A stretch of DNA of 64,000 nt from Candidatus Deferrimicrobiaceae bacterium (GCA_963792415.1 CAWBVY010000006.1:416001-480000); one strand, 5' to 3'; shown: positions 20,560-30,631, counted from the stretch's first letter. Translations and numbers: made by a program. The notes: generated from the letters alone by a model not told the origin.

Positions 20560-21758
20560 CCGGGGAGGAACTTCCGGCAGACCGCCCGCCAGACAGCGGA
20601 GGCGATCGAGTCCTTGGCCGCCATGGCGAGATCGAGCGCGGTGCCGTCGGAGAAGTAGACGCGGACCTCGTTGCTGTCGGCCTCGAACCCGATGTCGGTC
20701 CGGGAGACGTCGTTCACGACGATCGCGTCGAGATTCTTCCGGCGCATCTTCTCGATCGCGTTTCCCTCGAGGTCGTTCGTCTCCGCCGCGAACCCGACGA
20801 GCACACGACTCCCCCTGGACCGCCCGAGGGAGGAGAGGATGTCCTCCGTGGGGACCAGGGAAATCCGTCCGTCGAACGTCTCCTTCTTGATCTTTTTCGA
20901 CGCCGCCGACTCCGGGCGGAAGTCGGCCACCGCCGCCGCCATCACCACCGCGTCCGCCGATTCCGCCGCCGTTCCCACGGCCCCCATCATCTCCTCCGCG
21001 GACCGCACGCGGATCGTCTTCATGAACGGGGGATCCGGCAGCCGGGTCGGTCCCGCGACGAGTGTCACGTCCGCGCCGAATCGCCGTGCGGCGACCGCCA
21101 TGGCGAACCCCATCTTGCCGCTGGACCGGTTCGTGAGGAACCGGACCGGGTCGATGTCCTCCGCGGTGGGCCCCGCCCCCACCACGACTCTCTTCCCGGC
21201 GAGGATCTTCTCCGCCACGAGGATGCGGGCCATCTCGACGATCTTCTCCGTGTCGGCGAGGCGCCCCGGCCCCACCGTGCCGCAGGCGAGTTCCCCCTCG
21301 TCGGGGTCGACGAACGTGAACCCCCGCTCCAGGAGGACCTCCACGTTTTCCCGCACCGCCGGGGAAGCGTACATCTGGCTGTTCATCGCCGGCGCGAGGA
21401 GAACCGGCGCGGCGGTGGCCATCACCACCGTCGAGAGCATGTCGTCGGCGATGCCGCCGCGGATCTTCCCGAGGATGTTCGCGGTGGCCGGTGCGATCAT
21501 CAGGAGGTTCGCCCGCTGCGCGAGGGAGATATGCCCGATCTCGGACTCGGTGATGAGGTCGAACAGGTCCGTATAGACCGGGTTCTTCGAAAGGGTCTGC
21601 AGGGTGAGCGGCGTGATGAAGCGCGCGCCGGAGGCGGTGAGGATCACGCGGACGCCCGCGCCGTCCTTGCGCAGCGCGCGGACGATCTCGCACGCCTTGT
21701 ACGCGGCGATCCCTCCGGTGACCCCGAGGACGATCTCCTTGCCCGAGAGCATGGTCAT
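20556..21758 (-). CDS. coaBC: Phosphopantothenoylcysteine decarboxylase/phosphopantothenate-cysteine ligase
   Basis: TGGIAAYK, APATAN, PAMN, LACG, DPVRFLTNRSSGKMG, VGFAAET. Confidence 0.97.
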   Translation of the reverse strand: MTMLSGKEIVLGVTGGIAAYKACEIVRALRKDGAGVRVILTASGARFITPLTLQTLSKNPVYTDLFDLITESEIGHISLAQRANLLMIAPATANILGKIRGGIADDMLSTVVMATAAPVLLAPAMNSQMYASPAVRENVEVLLERGFTFVDPDEGELACGTVGPGRLADTEKIVEMARILVAEKILAGKRVVVGAGPTAEDIDPVRFLTNRSSGKMGFAMAVAARRFGADVTLVAGPTRLPDPPFMKTIRVRSAEEMMGAVGTAAESADAVVMAAAVADFRPESAASKKIKKETFDGRISLVPTEDILSSLGRSRGSRVLVGFAAETNDLEGNAIEKMRRKNLDAIVVNDVSRTDIGFEADSNEVRVYFSDGTALDLAMAAKDSIASAVWRAVCRKFLPG

Positions 21759-22411
21759 CCGCCTGCGTCCTCCACCGTGAAGAATGGGTTCCCGCGCTTT
21801 TCATCGCCCACGGTCGTGGCCGGGCCGTGCCCGGGAAAGAGAACCGTCTCTCCGGGCAACGTGAAGATCTTTTCCCGGACCGCGCGCAGCAGTTCGTCGA
21901 GGGAGCCCCCGGGAAGATCCGTTCGCCCGATGGACCCCTCGAAGATGAGATCGCCCACGAAGGCGAGGTCCCCGGAAAGGTACGTCACGTGCCCGGGCGT
22001 GTGCCCCGGGGTGTGGAGAACGCGGAAGGCGACGTCCCCCAGGGAAACGGCATCGCCCTCCCGCACGAGCACGTCGGGGGGCGGAGGGGCGGGGACGTGC
22101 AGCCCGAACATCGCGCCTTGCCGGCCCGCCGTCCGCATCTGGTCCGCGTCGGACGGATGGATGTGGATGCTCGCACCCGTTCGCTTCTTGAGGGCGGCCA
22201 CCGCCCCCACGTGATCGAAGTGGCCGTGGGTGAGCAGGATCTTGTCCAGGGTCCATCCCCGTGCGCCCAGCTGGCGCAGGATCTCGTCGGCCTCGTCGCC
22301 GGGGTCGATGACGACTGCCTTCCCGCTCGCAGGGTGCCCCACGATGTAGGTGTTCTCCGCCAGCGGGCCGACCTCCATCGCCAGCACCTGGAGCGGCCGG
22401 GCATCCGTCAC
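21755..22411 (-). CDS. MBL-fold metallo-hydrolase (glyoxalase II/YcbL-like)
   Basis: THGHFDH, HTPGHTPG, GD..F.GSIGRTD, PGHG. Confidence 0.9.
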   Translation of the reverse strand: MTDARPLQVLAMEVGPLAENTYIVGHPASGKAVVIDPGDEADEILRQLGARGWTLDKILLTHGHFDHVGAVAALKKRTGASIHIHPSDADQMRTAGRQGAMFGLHVPAPPPPDVLVREGDAVSLGDVAFRVLHTPGHTPGHVTYLSGDLAFVGDLIFEGSIGRTDLPGGSLDELLRAVREKIFTLPGETVLFPGHGPATTVGDEKRGNPFFTVEDAGG

Positions 22412-24906
22412 AGCTTCTTCCCCCACGACACGAACAGGTCCGTATACTCCGAGGCGAGCAGCGAAGCCGCGCGGCCTTCTCCTGACTCGACTACCAGGTG
22501 GAAGTACGCCTCGTCCTGGCTCGGGTAGACCAGCGCCCAGTCCTCCCCGTCGAACACCTTCACCCCGTCGATGAACTGGCTCGGCTTCCCCTTGGCGTGC
22601 TCCGTCAGCATCCGCATGAGGGACCCCTTGTTCTCCCAGGCGCAGGGGATCTTCCGGTGGATCAGGACGGTCGGCGGGATCTCGCGCAGGATGTCGGACA
22701 GTCCCTTCTCCTCGGCCACCAGCAGCTCCATGATCTTCACGATCGCGAACATCCCGTCGAAGGCCGGCTGGAAGCGCGGGAAGACGAACCCGCCCGCCCC
22801 GTCCCCCGCGAAGGCGACCCCCTCTCTCGCCGCCGTCTCCATCAGCGACCGCGGCAGCGTCCGCGTCCGGATCACTTCCATCCCGAAGCGCGCTGCGATC
22901 TTCTCAACGTTCCGCGAGGCGGTGACCGGGACTCCCACCAGCCCCTGTCCAGCCTGGCGGCAGGCGAGGAGGCAGACCACCTGCAGCGCCGTCGCGTCGG
23001 GGAGGATGTCCCCCTTCTCGTCGACCAGGAAGATCTTCTCGCCGCCGGCGTCGAGCATCACGCCGATGTCGGCGGACAGGGAGCGCGAGATCGTCGCGAG
23101 ATGGCCCATCCCCTTGTCGAACTCTTCCTGCGACCGGGTGATGCGGGACGGATCGAGGATGGCGTTCAGCGCCACCGTCTCCACCCCGAGCTGCCCGAGG
23201 ATCTTCGGGAAGATGACGGCGGAGGAACCGTAGGAGTAGTCCAGCACGATGTTGTAGTTCCGCTCCTTGATCGCCCGCGCGTTGACGGATTTCGCGAACG
23301 AGTCGAGGTAGAGATCGAATCCGCCCAACGGGAAGGTGATCGCCCCCGTCTCCTCGATGTCGGCCCGGACGAAATCCTCCCGGAAGAACATGTTTTCGAT
23401 GTTCTTCTCCAGTCCCATCGGCAGGTCGAGGCCGGAATCGTCGAAGAACTTGATGTCGATGAAGGAGGCGTTGAACGGGCTCTTCCGGATGTGGACGCCT
23501 CCCCGCTCCTCGGTGTGGGAGCGCGAAAGGAAACGCACGACCGGAAGGGGTGTTACGCCGTAGTCGTGCACGTCGACGCCGACCGACAGCATCCCCGTCA
23601 TGATCGAGCGGTTGATCATGCGCGACGCCTTGTGGCTGTCCCGGCTGGTGGAGAGGACCACCTTCCTCCCGAACGTGGCGGCGTAGGCGGCCCCGACCTT
23701 CGCCGCGAACTCGGGGGAGATCTCGATGTTCGCCAGCCCGACGATCCCGTAGGCGCCGAAGAGGGAGCGCGCCCACTTCTCCCCCCAGATGAGCGAAGAC
23801 GACAGGACCGCCCCGTCCTCGACCACCTTGTGGGGCCACACCTTCACGTTCGGCTTGACCACCGCATCGGTCCCTATGACGCAATGGTCGCTGACCACCG
23901 CCCGCTCCGCGAGGAAGGCGCCGGGCCCCACACGGACGTCGGATCCGACGATGTCCTCGAAGATCCGGGCCCCTTTCCCCACCGACACCCGCTCCCACAG
24001 CACGGAGGACTGGATGACCGCCCCGTCCTCGACGGCGCATCCATCGCCGACCACGGAGTTGCTCATCGTCACCCCGGACCCGACGACGCAATTCTTCCCG
24101 AGGAGCACGTTGGAAAGCTCCGCCGTGTAGTCCACCTTCGACCCCTCGCCGATCCAGACGCTCCGCTCCCCGGCCTTCTCTCCTTCGAAGCTCATCTTCA
24201 CCTTCCCCGCCAGGAGGTCGAGGTGGACGTTCAGGTACTCGTCGAGATTCCCCACATCCTTCCAGTACCCCTCCGCGACGTAGCCGAGCAGGCGGTCGCC
24301 GCGGGCCAGCATGGCGGGAAAGAGGTTCTTGCTGAAGTCCCAGTTCTTCTTCGGCGGGATGAGGTCGAGCACTTCGGACTCGACGATGTAGATCCCCGTG
24401 TTGATCGTGTCGGAGAAGACCTCCCCCCACGTCGGCTTCTCGAGGAAGCGGACGATACGGCCGTCCTCCTCGGTGATCACGATGCCGTACTGCAGGGGAT
24501 TGGGGACGCGCGTCAGGACGATGGTGACCGCCGCCCCGCGTTCCTTGTGGAAGTCGATCGCCTGCGACAGATCGAAGTCGGTGATGATGTCCGCGCTGAT
24601 CACCATGAAGGTTCCGGAGAGCCGCTCCTCCGCGTTCTTCACCGCCCCGGCGGTGCCGTAATCCGCCTCGGCGTTCACGTAGTGCATCCGGACCCCCCAG
24701 GGGGCCCCGTCCCCGAAGTAGGAGCTGATCTTCTCCGGATAGAAGTGGAGCAGCACCTCGAGATCCTCGATCCCCTCGGCGGCCAGCAGCCGGACGACGT
24801 GTTCCATCATGGGGCGGTTCGCCACGTGCGCCATCGGCTTGGGGAGCTTCTCCGTCAACGGGCGAAGCCTCGTTCCGAACCCTCCCGCCATCACGACCGC
24901 CTTCAT
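22408..24906 (-). CDS. Sugar-phosphate nucleotidyltransferase (mannose-1-phosphate guanylyltransferase-like) fused to hexapeptide repeats and a phosphomannomutase-like module
   Basis: MAGGFGTRLRPLT..PKP, FLEKP, YWKDVG, beta-helix repeats, C-terminal PGM/PMM-fold region. Confidence 0.88.
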   Translation of the reverse strand: MKAVVMAGGFGTRLRPLTEKLPKPMAHVANRPMMEHVVRLLAAEGIEDLEVLLHFYPEKISSYFGDGAPWGVRMHYVNAEADYGTAGAVKNAEERLSGTFMVISADIITDFDLSQAIDFHKERGAAVTIVLTRVPNPLQYGIVITEEDGRIVRFLEKPTWGEVFSDTINTGIYIVESEVLDLIPPKKNWDFSKNLFPAMLARGDRLLGYVAEGYWKDVGNLDEYLNVHLDLLAGKVKMSFEGEKAGERSVWIGEGSKVDYTAELSNVLLGKNCVVGSGVTMSNSVVGDGCAVEDGAVIQSSVLWERVSVGKGARIFEDIVGSDVRVGPGAFLAERAVVSDHCVIGTDAVVKPNVKVWPHKVVEDGAVLSSSLIWGEKWARSLFGAYGIVGLANIEISPEFAAKVGAAYAATFGRKVVLSTSRDSHKASRMINRSIMTGMLSVGVDVHDYGVTPLPVVRFLSRSHTEERGGVHIRKSPFNASFIDIKFFDDSGLDLPMGLEKNIENMFFREDFVRADIEETGAITFPLGGFDLYLDSFAKSVNARAIKERNYNIVLDYSYGSSAVIFPKILGQLGVETVALNAILDPSRITRSQEEFDKGMGHLATISRSLSADIGVMLDAGGEKIFLVDEKGDILPDATALQVVCLLACRQAGQGLVGVPVTASRNVEKIAARFGMEVIRTRTLPRSLMETAAREGVAFAGDGAGGFVFPRFQPAFDGMFAIVKIMELLVAEEKGLSDILREIPPTVLIHRKIPCAWENKGSLMRMLTEHAKGKPSQFIDGVKVFDGEDWALVYPSQDEAYFHLVVESGEGRAASLLASEYTDLFVSWGKKL

Positions 24907-24936
24907 GTCGAATCCTCCACGGAGGAGATGCGCCCC

Positions 24937-25614
24937 CTACAGGATGCGGACAAGACGCGACACCCCGAGATACCCGAAGGTGAGGGCGAAAAAGACGAGA
25001 AACGCGGCGCAGGCGCCGACGACGCCGCGGTAGACCCGGTCGGTGAACCAGCCCCGCCCCGCCGAAACCGCCCCGCCGACGAAGAAATACCACGCCGCGT
25101 CGGACAGGATGTGGCCGGAGAAGAAGGCGAGGACGCCCCGCCATCCCTGTCCGCGCGAAAGCAGCAGATACCCGAGGCCGATCGTCGCCCACCAGAGCGA
25201 CCAGTACGGGTTCGAGGCGGAGGTGACGATCCCGTCGATCACGGGACGCACCCCGCCCGATCCTTTCCCGCCCCCCGGCCCCTCCGGGGAACCGGACGGC
25301 GAGGCGTCGAAATGGAGCGTGCGGACCTCGCGGGCCATCCCCGCCGCCATCCGGAGGAGCATCGCGGAGCCGAGCAGGGCGATCGCGATGACCGCCGCGT
25401 CTCCCCGGATCCACTCCATCAATCCGAACAGGAGGAGGCAAACGAGCGCCGCCTCGAGGATGGCGTGGCCGAGGACGAGCAGCGGCGCGGCGGAAAAACC
25501 GCGGACCGATGCGTGCCGGATGGTGACCGCAAGGAGAGGCCCCGGCATCATCGCCCCCGAGAGGCCGATGATGAAGGAAGACACGAAGATCGCCGCGGGA
25601 TGACCGAAATCCAT
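24937..25614 (-). CDS. LysE family transporter
   Basis: SGAMMPGPL, GHAILE, SNPYWSLWW; multiple TM helices; ATG 25614. Confidence 0.85.
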   Translation of the reverse strand: MDFGHPAAIFVSSFIIGLSGAMMPGPLLAVTIRHASVRGFSAAPLLVLGHAILEAALVCLLLFGLMEWIRGDAAVIAIALLGSAMLLRMAAGMAREVRTLHFDASPSGSPEGPGGGKGSGGVRPVIDGIVTSASNPYWSLWWATIGLGYLLLSRGQGWRGVLAFFSGHILSDAAWYFFVGGAVSAGRGWFTDRVYRGVVGACAAFLVFFALTFGYLGVSRLVRIL

Positions 25615-25675
25615 AGTAAAATTTATAACACAAATCGTCGCCCGGGATCGGTCCGGGAGACTGGAGGAACCCCCC

Positions 25676-26089
25676 TTGCCAGGCCGGAATCCCCTCCCCA
25701 CCGCAGACGTCCTGATCGAGGTGGGAGACCGCGTCGTTCTGGTCCGCCGGAAGTACCCGCCGCCAGGGTGGGCGATCCCCGGCGGGTTCGTCGAGGCCGG
25801 GGAAACCGTCGAAACCGCGGCCGTCCGGGAAGCGCTCGAGGAGACGGGCCTGCGCGTGACCCTCACAGCGCTGCTCGGCGTCTACTCCGACCCGGCCCGC
25901 GACCCCCGCCACCCCACGATCTCGACGGTCTACGTCGGGCGGGCCTCAGGCGCTCCGACGGGCGGGGACGACGCTTCCGAGGCGCGCCTGTTCGGCGAGG
26001 GCGACCTCCCCTCCCCCCTCGCCTTCGACCACGCGAAGATACTGGCGGACTACTTCAGGTACAAGAAGACCGGCCGCCGCCCCCTCTGA
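25676..26089 (+). CDS. NUDIX hydrolase
   Basis: Nudix box GFVEAGETVETAAVREALEETG, RDPR, AFDH; TTG start with GGAGG RBS. Confidence 0.92.
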   Translation: MPGRNPLPTADVLIEVGDRVVLVRRKYPPPGWAIPGGFVEAGETVETAAVREALEETGLRVTLTALLGVYSDPARDPRHPTISTVYVGRASGAPTGGDDASEARLFGEGDLPSPLAFDHAKILADYFRYKKTGRRPL

Positions 26090-26097
26090 GCGATTGC

Positions 26098-26230
26098 GCG
26101 GGGTGACTCGCGGGGGGCTTCCACTCCGCTACGTTCGGGACCTGCGTCCGCTCACTGCGATTCCGCTCGACGCAAGCCCCGCATCGCTCCATACGCCGCT
26201 TCGTGGAACCCCCCGCTGCGTCACTCCCGC
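26098..26230. repeat. Long imperfect palindrome (REP-like element) between convergent genes
   Basis: Arms GCGGGGTGACTCGCGGGGGGCTTCCAC and GTGGAACCCCCCGCTGCGTCACTCCCGC; inner stem TGCGTC/GACGCA. Confidence 0.75.
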
Positions 26231-26242
26231 TTGGCGCGCGTT

Positions 26243-27439
26243 TTACGCGAGGGCCTTGACGGCCTGCTCGATGCGGTCGATCCCCTTCTCGATGTTCTTC
26301 ATGGACATCGCGTAGGAGAGGCGCTGGCACGCGTCGTCGCCGAACGCGATCCCGGGGACCGCCGCCACCTTGTGATCGTCGAGCAGGTACGCCGACAGGG
26401 CGGAGGAGCTGTCGATCACCTTGCCCCCGGGCGTCTTCTTCCCGTAGCACCCGGAGAAGTCCGGGAAGACGTAGAACGCCCCCTGCGGGAGCAGGCACGA
26501 CACGCCCGGCATCTTGTTGAGCCGGTCGGTGATGAAGCGGCGCCTCCGGTCGAATTCGGCGACCCACGCCTTCTGGAAGTCCTGCGAGCCGTTCAGCGCC
26601 TCGACGGACGCCTTGTCGCAGAACGACACGGGGTTGCTCGTGCTCTGGCTCTGGATGTTGTTCATCGCGGCGACGAGATCCTTGTCCGCGGCGACATACC
26701 CGATCCGCCACCCGGTCATCGAGTGCGACTTGGAAAGGCCGTTCACGAGGATCGTGCGCTTCCTCACCTCCTCGCCCAGGGAGGCGAAGGAGGTGAACTG
26801 GAATCCGTCATACACGAGCTTCTCGTAGATCTCGTCCGACAGGACGGTGATGTCCTTCTTCACGATCACCTGGGCCAGCGCCTCGAGCTCCGCCCTCGAG
26901 TACGCCGCCCCGGTAGGATTGGAGGGGCTGTTCAGCACGAAGAGCTTCGTCTTCTTTGTTATCGCCTTTTCCAGCTGCGCGGGAGTGATCTTGAACCCCG
27001 CGGCCTGCTTCGCCTCGACGATCACCGGGGTGGCGTCCGCCAGCAGCGCGATGTCCGGGTAGGATACCCAGTAGGGAGCGGGGATGATCACCTCGTCCCC
27101 GTCCTCGAGGAACGCCTGGGCGACGTTGTAGATCGAGTGCTTCGCGCCGAGGGAGACGATGATGTTCTCCCGCTTGTATTCGAGGCCGTTGTCCCGCTTG
27201 AGCTTGGCGAGGATCGCGTCCTTGAGCTCCGGCGAGCCGGGCACAGGGGTGTACTTCGTGTACCCGTCGTCCAGCGCCTTCTTGGCGACGGCCTTTATGT
27301 GGTCCGGCGTGTCGAAATCCGGCTCCCCGGCCCCGAAACCGACCACATCGATCCCCTGCGCCTTCATCTGCTTCGCCTTGTTCGTGATCGCCAGCGTCGG
27401 CGACGGCTGAATCTTCCCCACTCTCTTTGCCAGCTTCAT
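26243..27439 (-). CDS. aspC: PLP-dependent aminotransferase class I/II (aspartate aminotransferase)
   Basis: GEPDFDTP, NSPSNPTG, SDEIY, SKSHSMTGWRIG. Confidence 0.9.
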   Translation of the reverse strand: MKLAKRVGKIQPSPTLAITNKAKQMKAQGIDVVGFGAGEPDFDTPDHIKAVAKKALDDGYTKYTPVPGSPELKDAILAKLKRDNGLEYKRENIIVSLGAKHSIYNVAQAFLEDGDEVIIPAPYWVSYPDIALLADATPVIVEAKQAAGFKITPAQLEKAITKKTKLFVLNSPSNPTGAAYSRAELEALAQVIVKKDITVLSDEIYEKLVYDGFQFTSFASLGEEVRKRTILVNGLSKSHSMTGWRIGYVAADKDLVAAMNNIQSQSTSNPVSFCDKASVEALNGSQDFQKAWVAEFDRRRRFITDRLNKMPGVSCLLPQGAFYVFPDFSGCYGKKTPGGKVIDSSSALSAYLLDDHKVAAVPGIAFGDDACQRLSYAMSMKNIEKGIDRIEQAVKALA

Positions 27440-27930
27440 TTCCGTCTTGCTCCTTTCATCTTCCGGAATACGAGTTCCCGTACCAGGGGCGGTACCAGGT
27501 CGTCGATCTTGCCGCCGAACATCGCGATCTCCTTGACGATGTTCGAACTGATGTAGGAATGCCGCTCTCCCGTCATCATGATCACCGTGTCGATGTCGGG
27601 GGCGAGCTTCCGGTTCATGTGCGCCATCTGGTACTCGTACTCGAAGTCCGAAATCGCCCGCAACCCCCGGACCAGGATGTGGGCGCCCTGGTCGCGCGCG
27701 AAATCGACCAGGAGGCCGCGGAACGCCGTCACCTCCACGTTCCCCCAGGGACGCGTAAGCTTCCGCAGCATCGTCTGCCGCTCCGCGGAAGAGAACATGA
27801 TGTTCTTCCGGATGTTCAGCGCCACCGCGACGATCACCCGCGAGAAGACCCTGGAGGACCGTTCGATGATGTCGAGGTGTCCGTTCGTGGGGGGATCGAA
27901 CGAGCCAGGGTAGACGGCAACGGTCCTCAT
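27436..27930 (-). CDS. coaD: Pantetheine-phosphate adenylyltransferase
   Basis: YPGSFDPPTNGH, RGLRAISDFEYE, ISSNIVKE. Confidence 0.96.
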   Translation of the reverse strand: MRTVAVYPGSFDPPTNGHLDIIERSSRVFSRVIVAVALNIRKNIMFSSAERQTMLRKLTRPWGNVEVTAFRGLLVDFARDQGAHILVRGLRAISDFEYEYQMAHMNRKLAPDIDTVIMMTGERHSYISSNIVKEIAMFGGKIDDLVPPLVRELVFRKMKGARRK

Positions 27931-28523
27931 CGATTCTCCTGTTTCTTCCCGACCGGCGGCGCCTGCCCGCGGGGACCGGGAATGTCGTACAGGGTGATCC
28001 GCGTATCGCCGTACCGGCGTTCGACCCGCTCCCGCCAACCGGGCGGGAGCGTCTCCACAGGATCCCGGGTCGCCCGCTCCGCCACCACGACGGCGCCGGG
28101 GGCGAGAATGCCGGCGCGGGAAAGCAGCTCCGCCGCCAGGCCGACCAGCCCCTTGCCGTACGGGGGGTCGAGGAACACGAGATCGAACGTCCTTCCCTTC
28201 GCGGAGAGCCTCCGAATCGCCTCCCGGTAGTCGAGGGGGAGACAGACCGCGTCCTCCGCCTCCAACGACGCGAGATTCGCCCTCAGCGCGTGGAGCGCCG
28301 CCGGGGAAGATTCCACGAGCACCGCTCCGGCCGCCCCTCGCGAGAGGCCTTCGATCGCCATCGCGCCCGTCCCTGCGAAGAGGTCGAGCACGGCGGATCC
28401 CTCCACGTCGTCGGCGAGGATCGCGAAGACGGCCTCGCGGACCCGGTCCGTCGTCGGCCGCACGGAGGTGCCGCGCGGGGCGCGGATCGTTCGCCCCCCC
28501 CACTTCCCGGCGACGACGCGCAC
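27927..28523 (-). CDS. rsmD: 16S rRNA m2G966 methyltransferase
   Basis: RPTTDRVREA, LDLFAGTG, FLDPPY; upstream of coaD. Confidence 0.94.
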   Translation of the reverse strand: MRVVAGKWGGRTIRAPRGTSVRPTTDRVREAVFAILADDVEGSAVLDLFAGTGAMAIEGLSRGAAGAVLVESSPAALHALRANLASLEAEDAVCLPLDYREAIRRLSAKGRTFDLVFLDPPYGKGLVGLAAELLSRAGILAPGAVVVAERATRDPVETLPPGWRERVERRYGDTRITLYDIPGPRGQAPPVGKKQENR

Positions 28524-28544
28524 CTTCGGTGTTGCCTGGAAACC

Positions 28545-29633
28545 TTACTTCTTCCCGGCGAGCGCCCCGGCGACGATCTTCGCCGTGCCGACGGCCCGAA
28601 ACGCCTGGAAGAGCGACTTCGCCTCGTCGTACGCCGCCTTCTCGATCATTGAAGCGAACTGCGCGGGGACGGCGTCGATCTCGGCCTTGAACGGCTTGGT
28701 CGCGAACTTGATATCCTTGCCGGCCTCTCTGGCCCAGTCGCGCATCCTCCCCATCAACTCCGGCGGGAGCCCCGCGTGGGCGACGTTCTGCCACTGGGTG
28801 CCGACGTTCCCCTTGCGGATCCCGTATTCGGCGAACTTCCCGATGAGGTGGAGCGGCGTCCCGGTGATGCCGTGCTGTGCGATGGAGACGCCGAAGCGGT
28901 CGTGGATGGCCCGATAGATCTCGCCGGTGCGATCGAGGTCGATGGAGATCTTTTCCCCCTCCAGGTAATTGCCGTGCTTGGACCCGTTGTTGATCGCGAG
29001 CAGGTCCGGATGGATCCCCGCCGCCGTCAGCCGCTCCATGAGATCCACGGCCTCCTCGACGGTCGACAGGTGGGCCTCGGTCCCCGCCGACTTGATCTCC
29101 CCCACTTCCACCTCGAGGCCGAGCTTCCGCTCCACGATGGGCCCCGCGAGGCTCGCGGTGATCCGGGCGTTGTCGGGGATCTCGTTGAAAGACGCGTCGA
29201 TGGCGAAGCTCGTGTACCCGGCCGCGAGCTCCGCGGCGATCAGCGCGCGCGCGCCCTCGACTTCGGCCTCCGAAGTGTTCTTCACGGTGATGTGATCGCC
29301 GTGGATGACGAAGGGGGTGTCGAACTCCGCCCTTTTCGCCGCCGCGACGATCGTGCGGACGAAGATCTCCGGGGTCATCCCGGTGTAGCCGCCCTTCAAA
29401 TCCCCTTCCGACTTCGCCAGTTCGAACGCGACCACGGCGTCCAGCTCCTTCGCCGCCCGCATGATCCCGGGGATGACGAGGGGGATCCGGATGTTGCACG
29501 CCATGACGATCGTCTTGTGGGACGCCAGGGCGCGGTAGACGTCGCGCCCGTTGACCGGGCACGCGGGATTCCCCGGGGGAATCGCCTTTGCCGCGTTTTC
29601 AGGGACGAACCGCGTCATCGACTTGTAATCCAT
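28545..29633 (-). CDS. fba: Class II fructose-bisphosphate aldolase
   Basis: HGDH, DAS, EVEVGEI, NGSKHG, AQHGITG, KGNVGT. Confidence 0.85.
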   Translation of the reverse strand: MDYKSMTRFVPENAAKAIPPGNPACPVNGRDVYRALASHKTIVMACNIRIPLVIPGIMRAAKELDAVVAFELAKSEGDLKGGYTGMTPEIFVRTIVAAAKRAEFDTPFVIHGDHITVKNTSEAEVEGARALIAAELAAGYTSFAIDASFNEIPDNARITASLAGPIVERKLGLEVEVGEIKSAGTEAHLSTVEEAVDLMERLTAAGIHPDLLAINNGSKHGNYLEGEKISIDLDRTGEIYRAIHDRFGVSIAQHGITGTPLHLIGKFAEYGIRKGNVGTQWQNVAHAGLPPELMGRMRDWAREAGKDIKFATKPFKAEIDAVPAQFASMIEKAAYDEAKSLFQAFRAVGTAKIVAGALAGKK

Positions 29634-29659
29634 TGGACCTCCTTCAGGCCGGCCCCCCC

Positions 29660-29688
29660 ATTATTGAAATTTTGGGCCCGCTCGTCAA
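29660..29688 (-). promoter_or_regulatory. Putative sigma70 promoter for the fba-rsmD-coaD-aspC operon
   Basis: Minus strand TTGACG-17 nt-AATAAT, about 26 nt upstream of the fba ATG. Confidence 0.55.
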
Positions 29689-29746
29689 CCCGCCCGTCAA
29701 GCCGGCCGGTCGCGTCTCCCGCGGGGAGCGTGGTAAACTCCGTCCG

Positions 29747-30586
29747 ATGATCCCGCACCCTGCTCCGCTGCGCGTCGGACGCATCCCGTACGCCAACCTC
29801 GTCCCGATCTTCCACGGGCTTGCGACCGGGGACGTGCCGGGCGGGGTCTCGTTCGTCGACGGGCACCCCTCCGATTTGAACCGGAAGCTGCGCGAGGGGG
29901 ATCTGGACCTTGCACCCTCCTCATCCATCGAGTACGCCGTGCACCCGGACCGGTATCTCCTGTGCCCCGACATTTCCATCTCCTCGAAGCGTCGTGTCAT
30001 GAGCGTCCTGCTGCTGTCGAACGGCCCGCTCCGGCGGCTCCCTCCCGATCCGATCGCCGTCACCGGGAGCTCGGACACATCGATCACGCTGCTCGAGATC
30101 CTCCTCCGCGAGTCGCTGGGGCGCACGAACCTGCTCGTGCGGACGGAGCTTCCCGCGAGGGAGGCCCTGCGCCGCTACCCGGCACATCTCGTGATCGGGG
30201 ACGAGGCGATCCGGGCCGCCGTCGACGGCGTGGCGGCGCACGTCACCGATCTCGGCGATTGGTGGCGGCGGGAGACGGGGAAACCGTTCGTCTTCGCCCT
30301 CTGGATCGCCGCCCGGAGCGCGTGGGTCGATCGCAGGGAGCCCCTTTCCCGGTTCTCCGCCGCCCTTCTCGACGCGAAACGAACCGCGCAGGCGGCGATC
30401 CGCCGGCGGGTATACCCGTGGGGGGGCCCCGACTGGATCCCCCCCTCCTTCCGGGACGCCTACTGGCGGTGCCTCTCGTACGACCTCGGGGTGGAGGCGG
30501 AGGGGCTATCCCTGTTCTACGAGCTGGCGGCGAAAATCGGCCGGATTCCGGCAGCGCCTCCTCTCCGCTTCCTCGAAATCGGATAG
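29747..30586 (+). CDS. mqnA: Chorismate dehydratase MqnA (futalosine menaquinone pathway)
   Basis: RVGRIPYANLVP, PSSSIEY, VMSV, SDTS, IGDEA, DLG..W...TG.PFVFALW. Confidence 0.88.
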   Translation: MIPHPAPLRVGRIPYANLVPIFHGLATGDVPGGVSFVDGHPSDLNRKLREGDLDLAPSSSIEYAVHPDRYLLCPDISISSKRRVMSVLLLSNGPLRRLPPDPIAVTGSSDTSITLLEILLRESLGRTNLLVRTELPAREALRRYPAHLVIGDEAIRAAVDGVAAHVTDLGDWWRRETGKPFVFALWIAARSAWVDRREPLSRFSAALLDAKRTAQAAIRRRVYPWGGPDWIPPSFRDAYWRCLSYDLGVEAEGLSLFYELAAKIGRIPAAPPLRFLEIG

Positions 30587-30631
30587 AAGATCCCCGTGGT
30601 AAAATAAGACATTCCGCCGGGAGGAGACACG

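Noticed and set aside
22498-26106. 1202-aa + strand ORF, and similar long ORFs such as 9933-13397, 7859-10366, 33010-35328, 40802-43150 and 47970-50477
   Set aside because: Antisense shadows of well-supported minus-strand genes; long open frames are expected at this GC content and the translations have no recognisable motifs.
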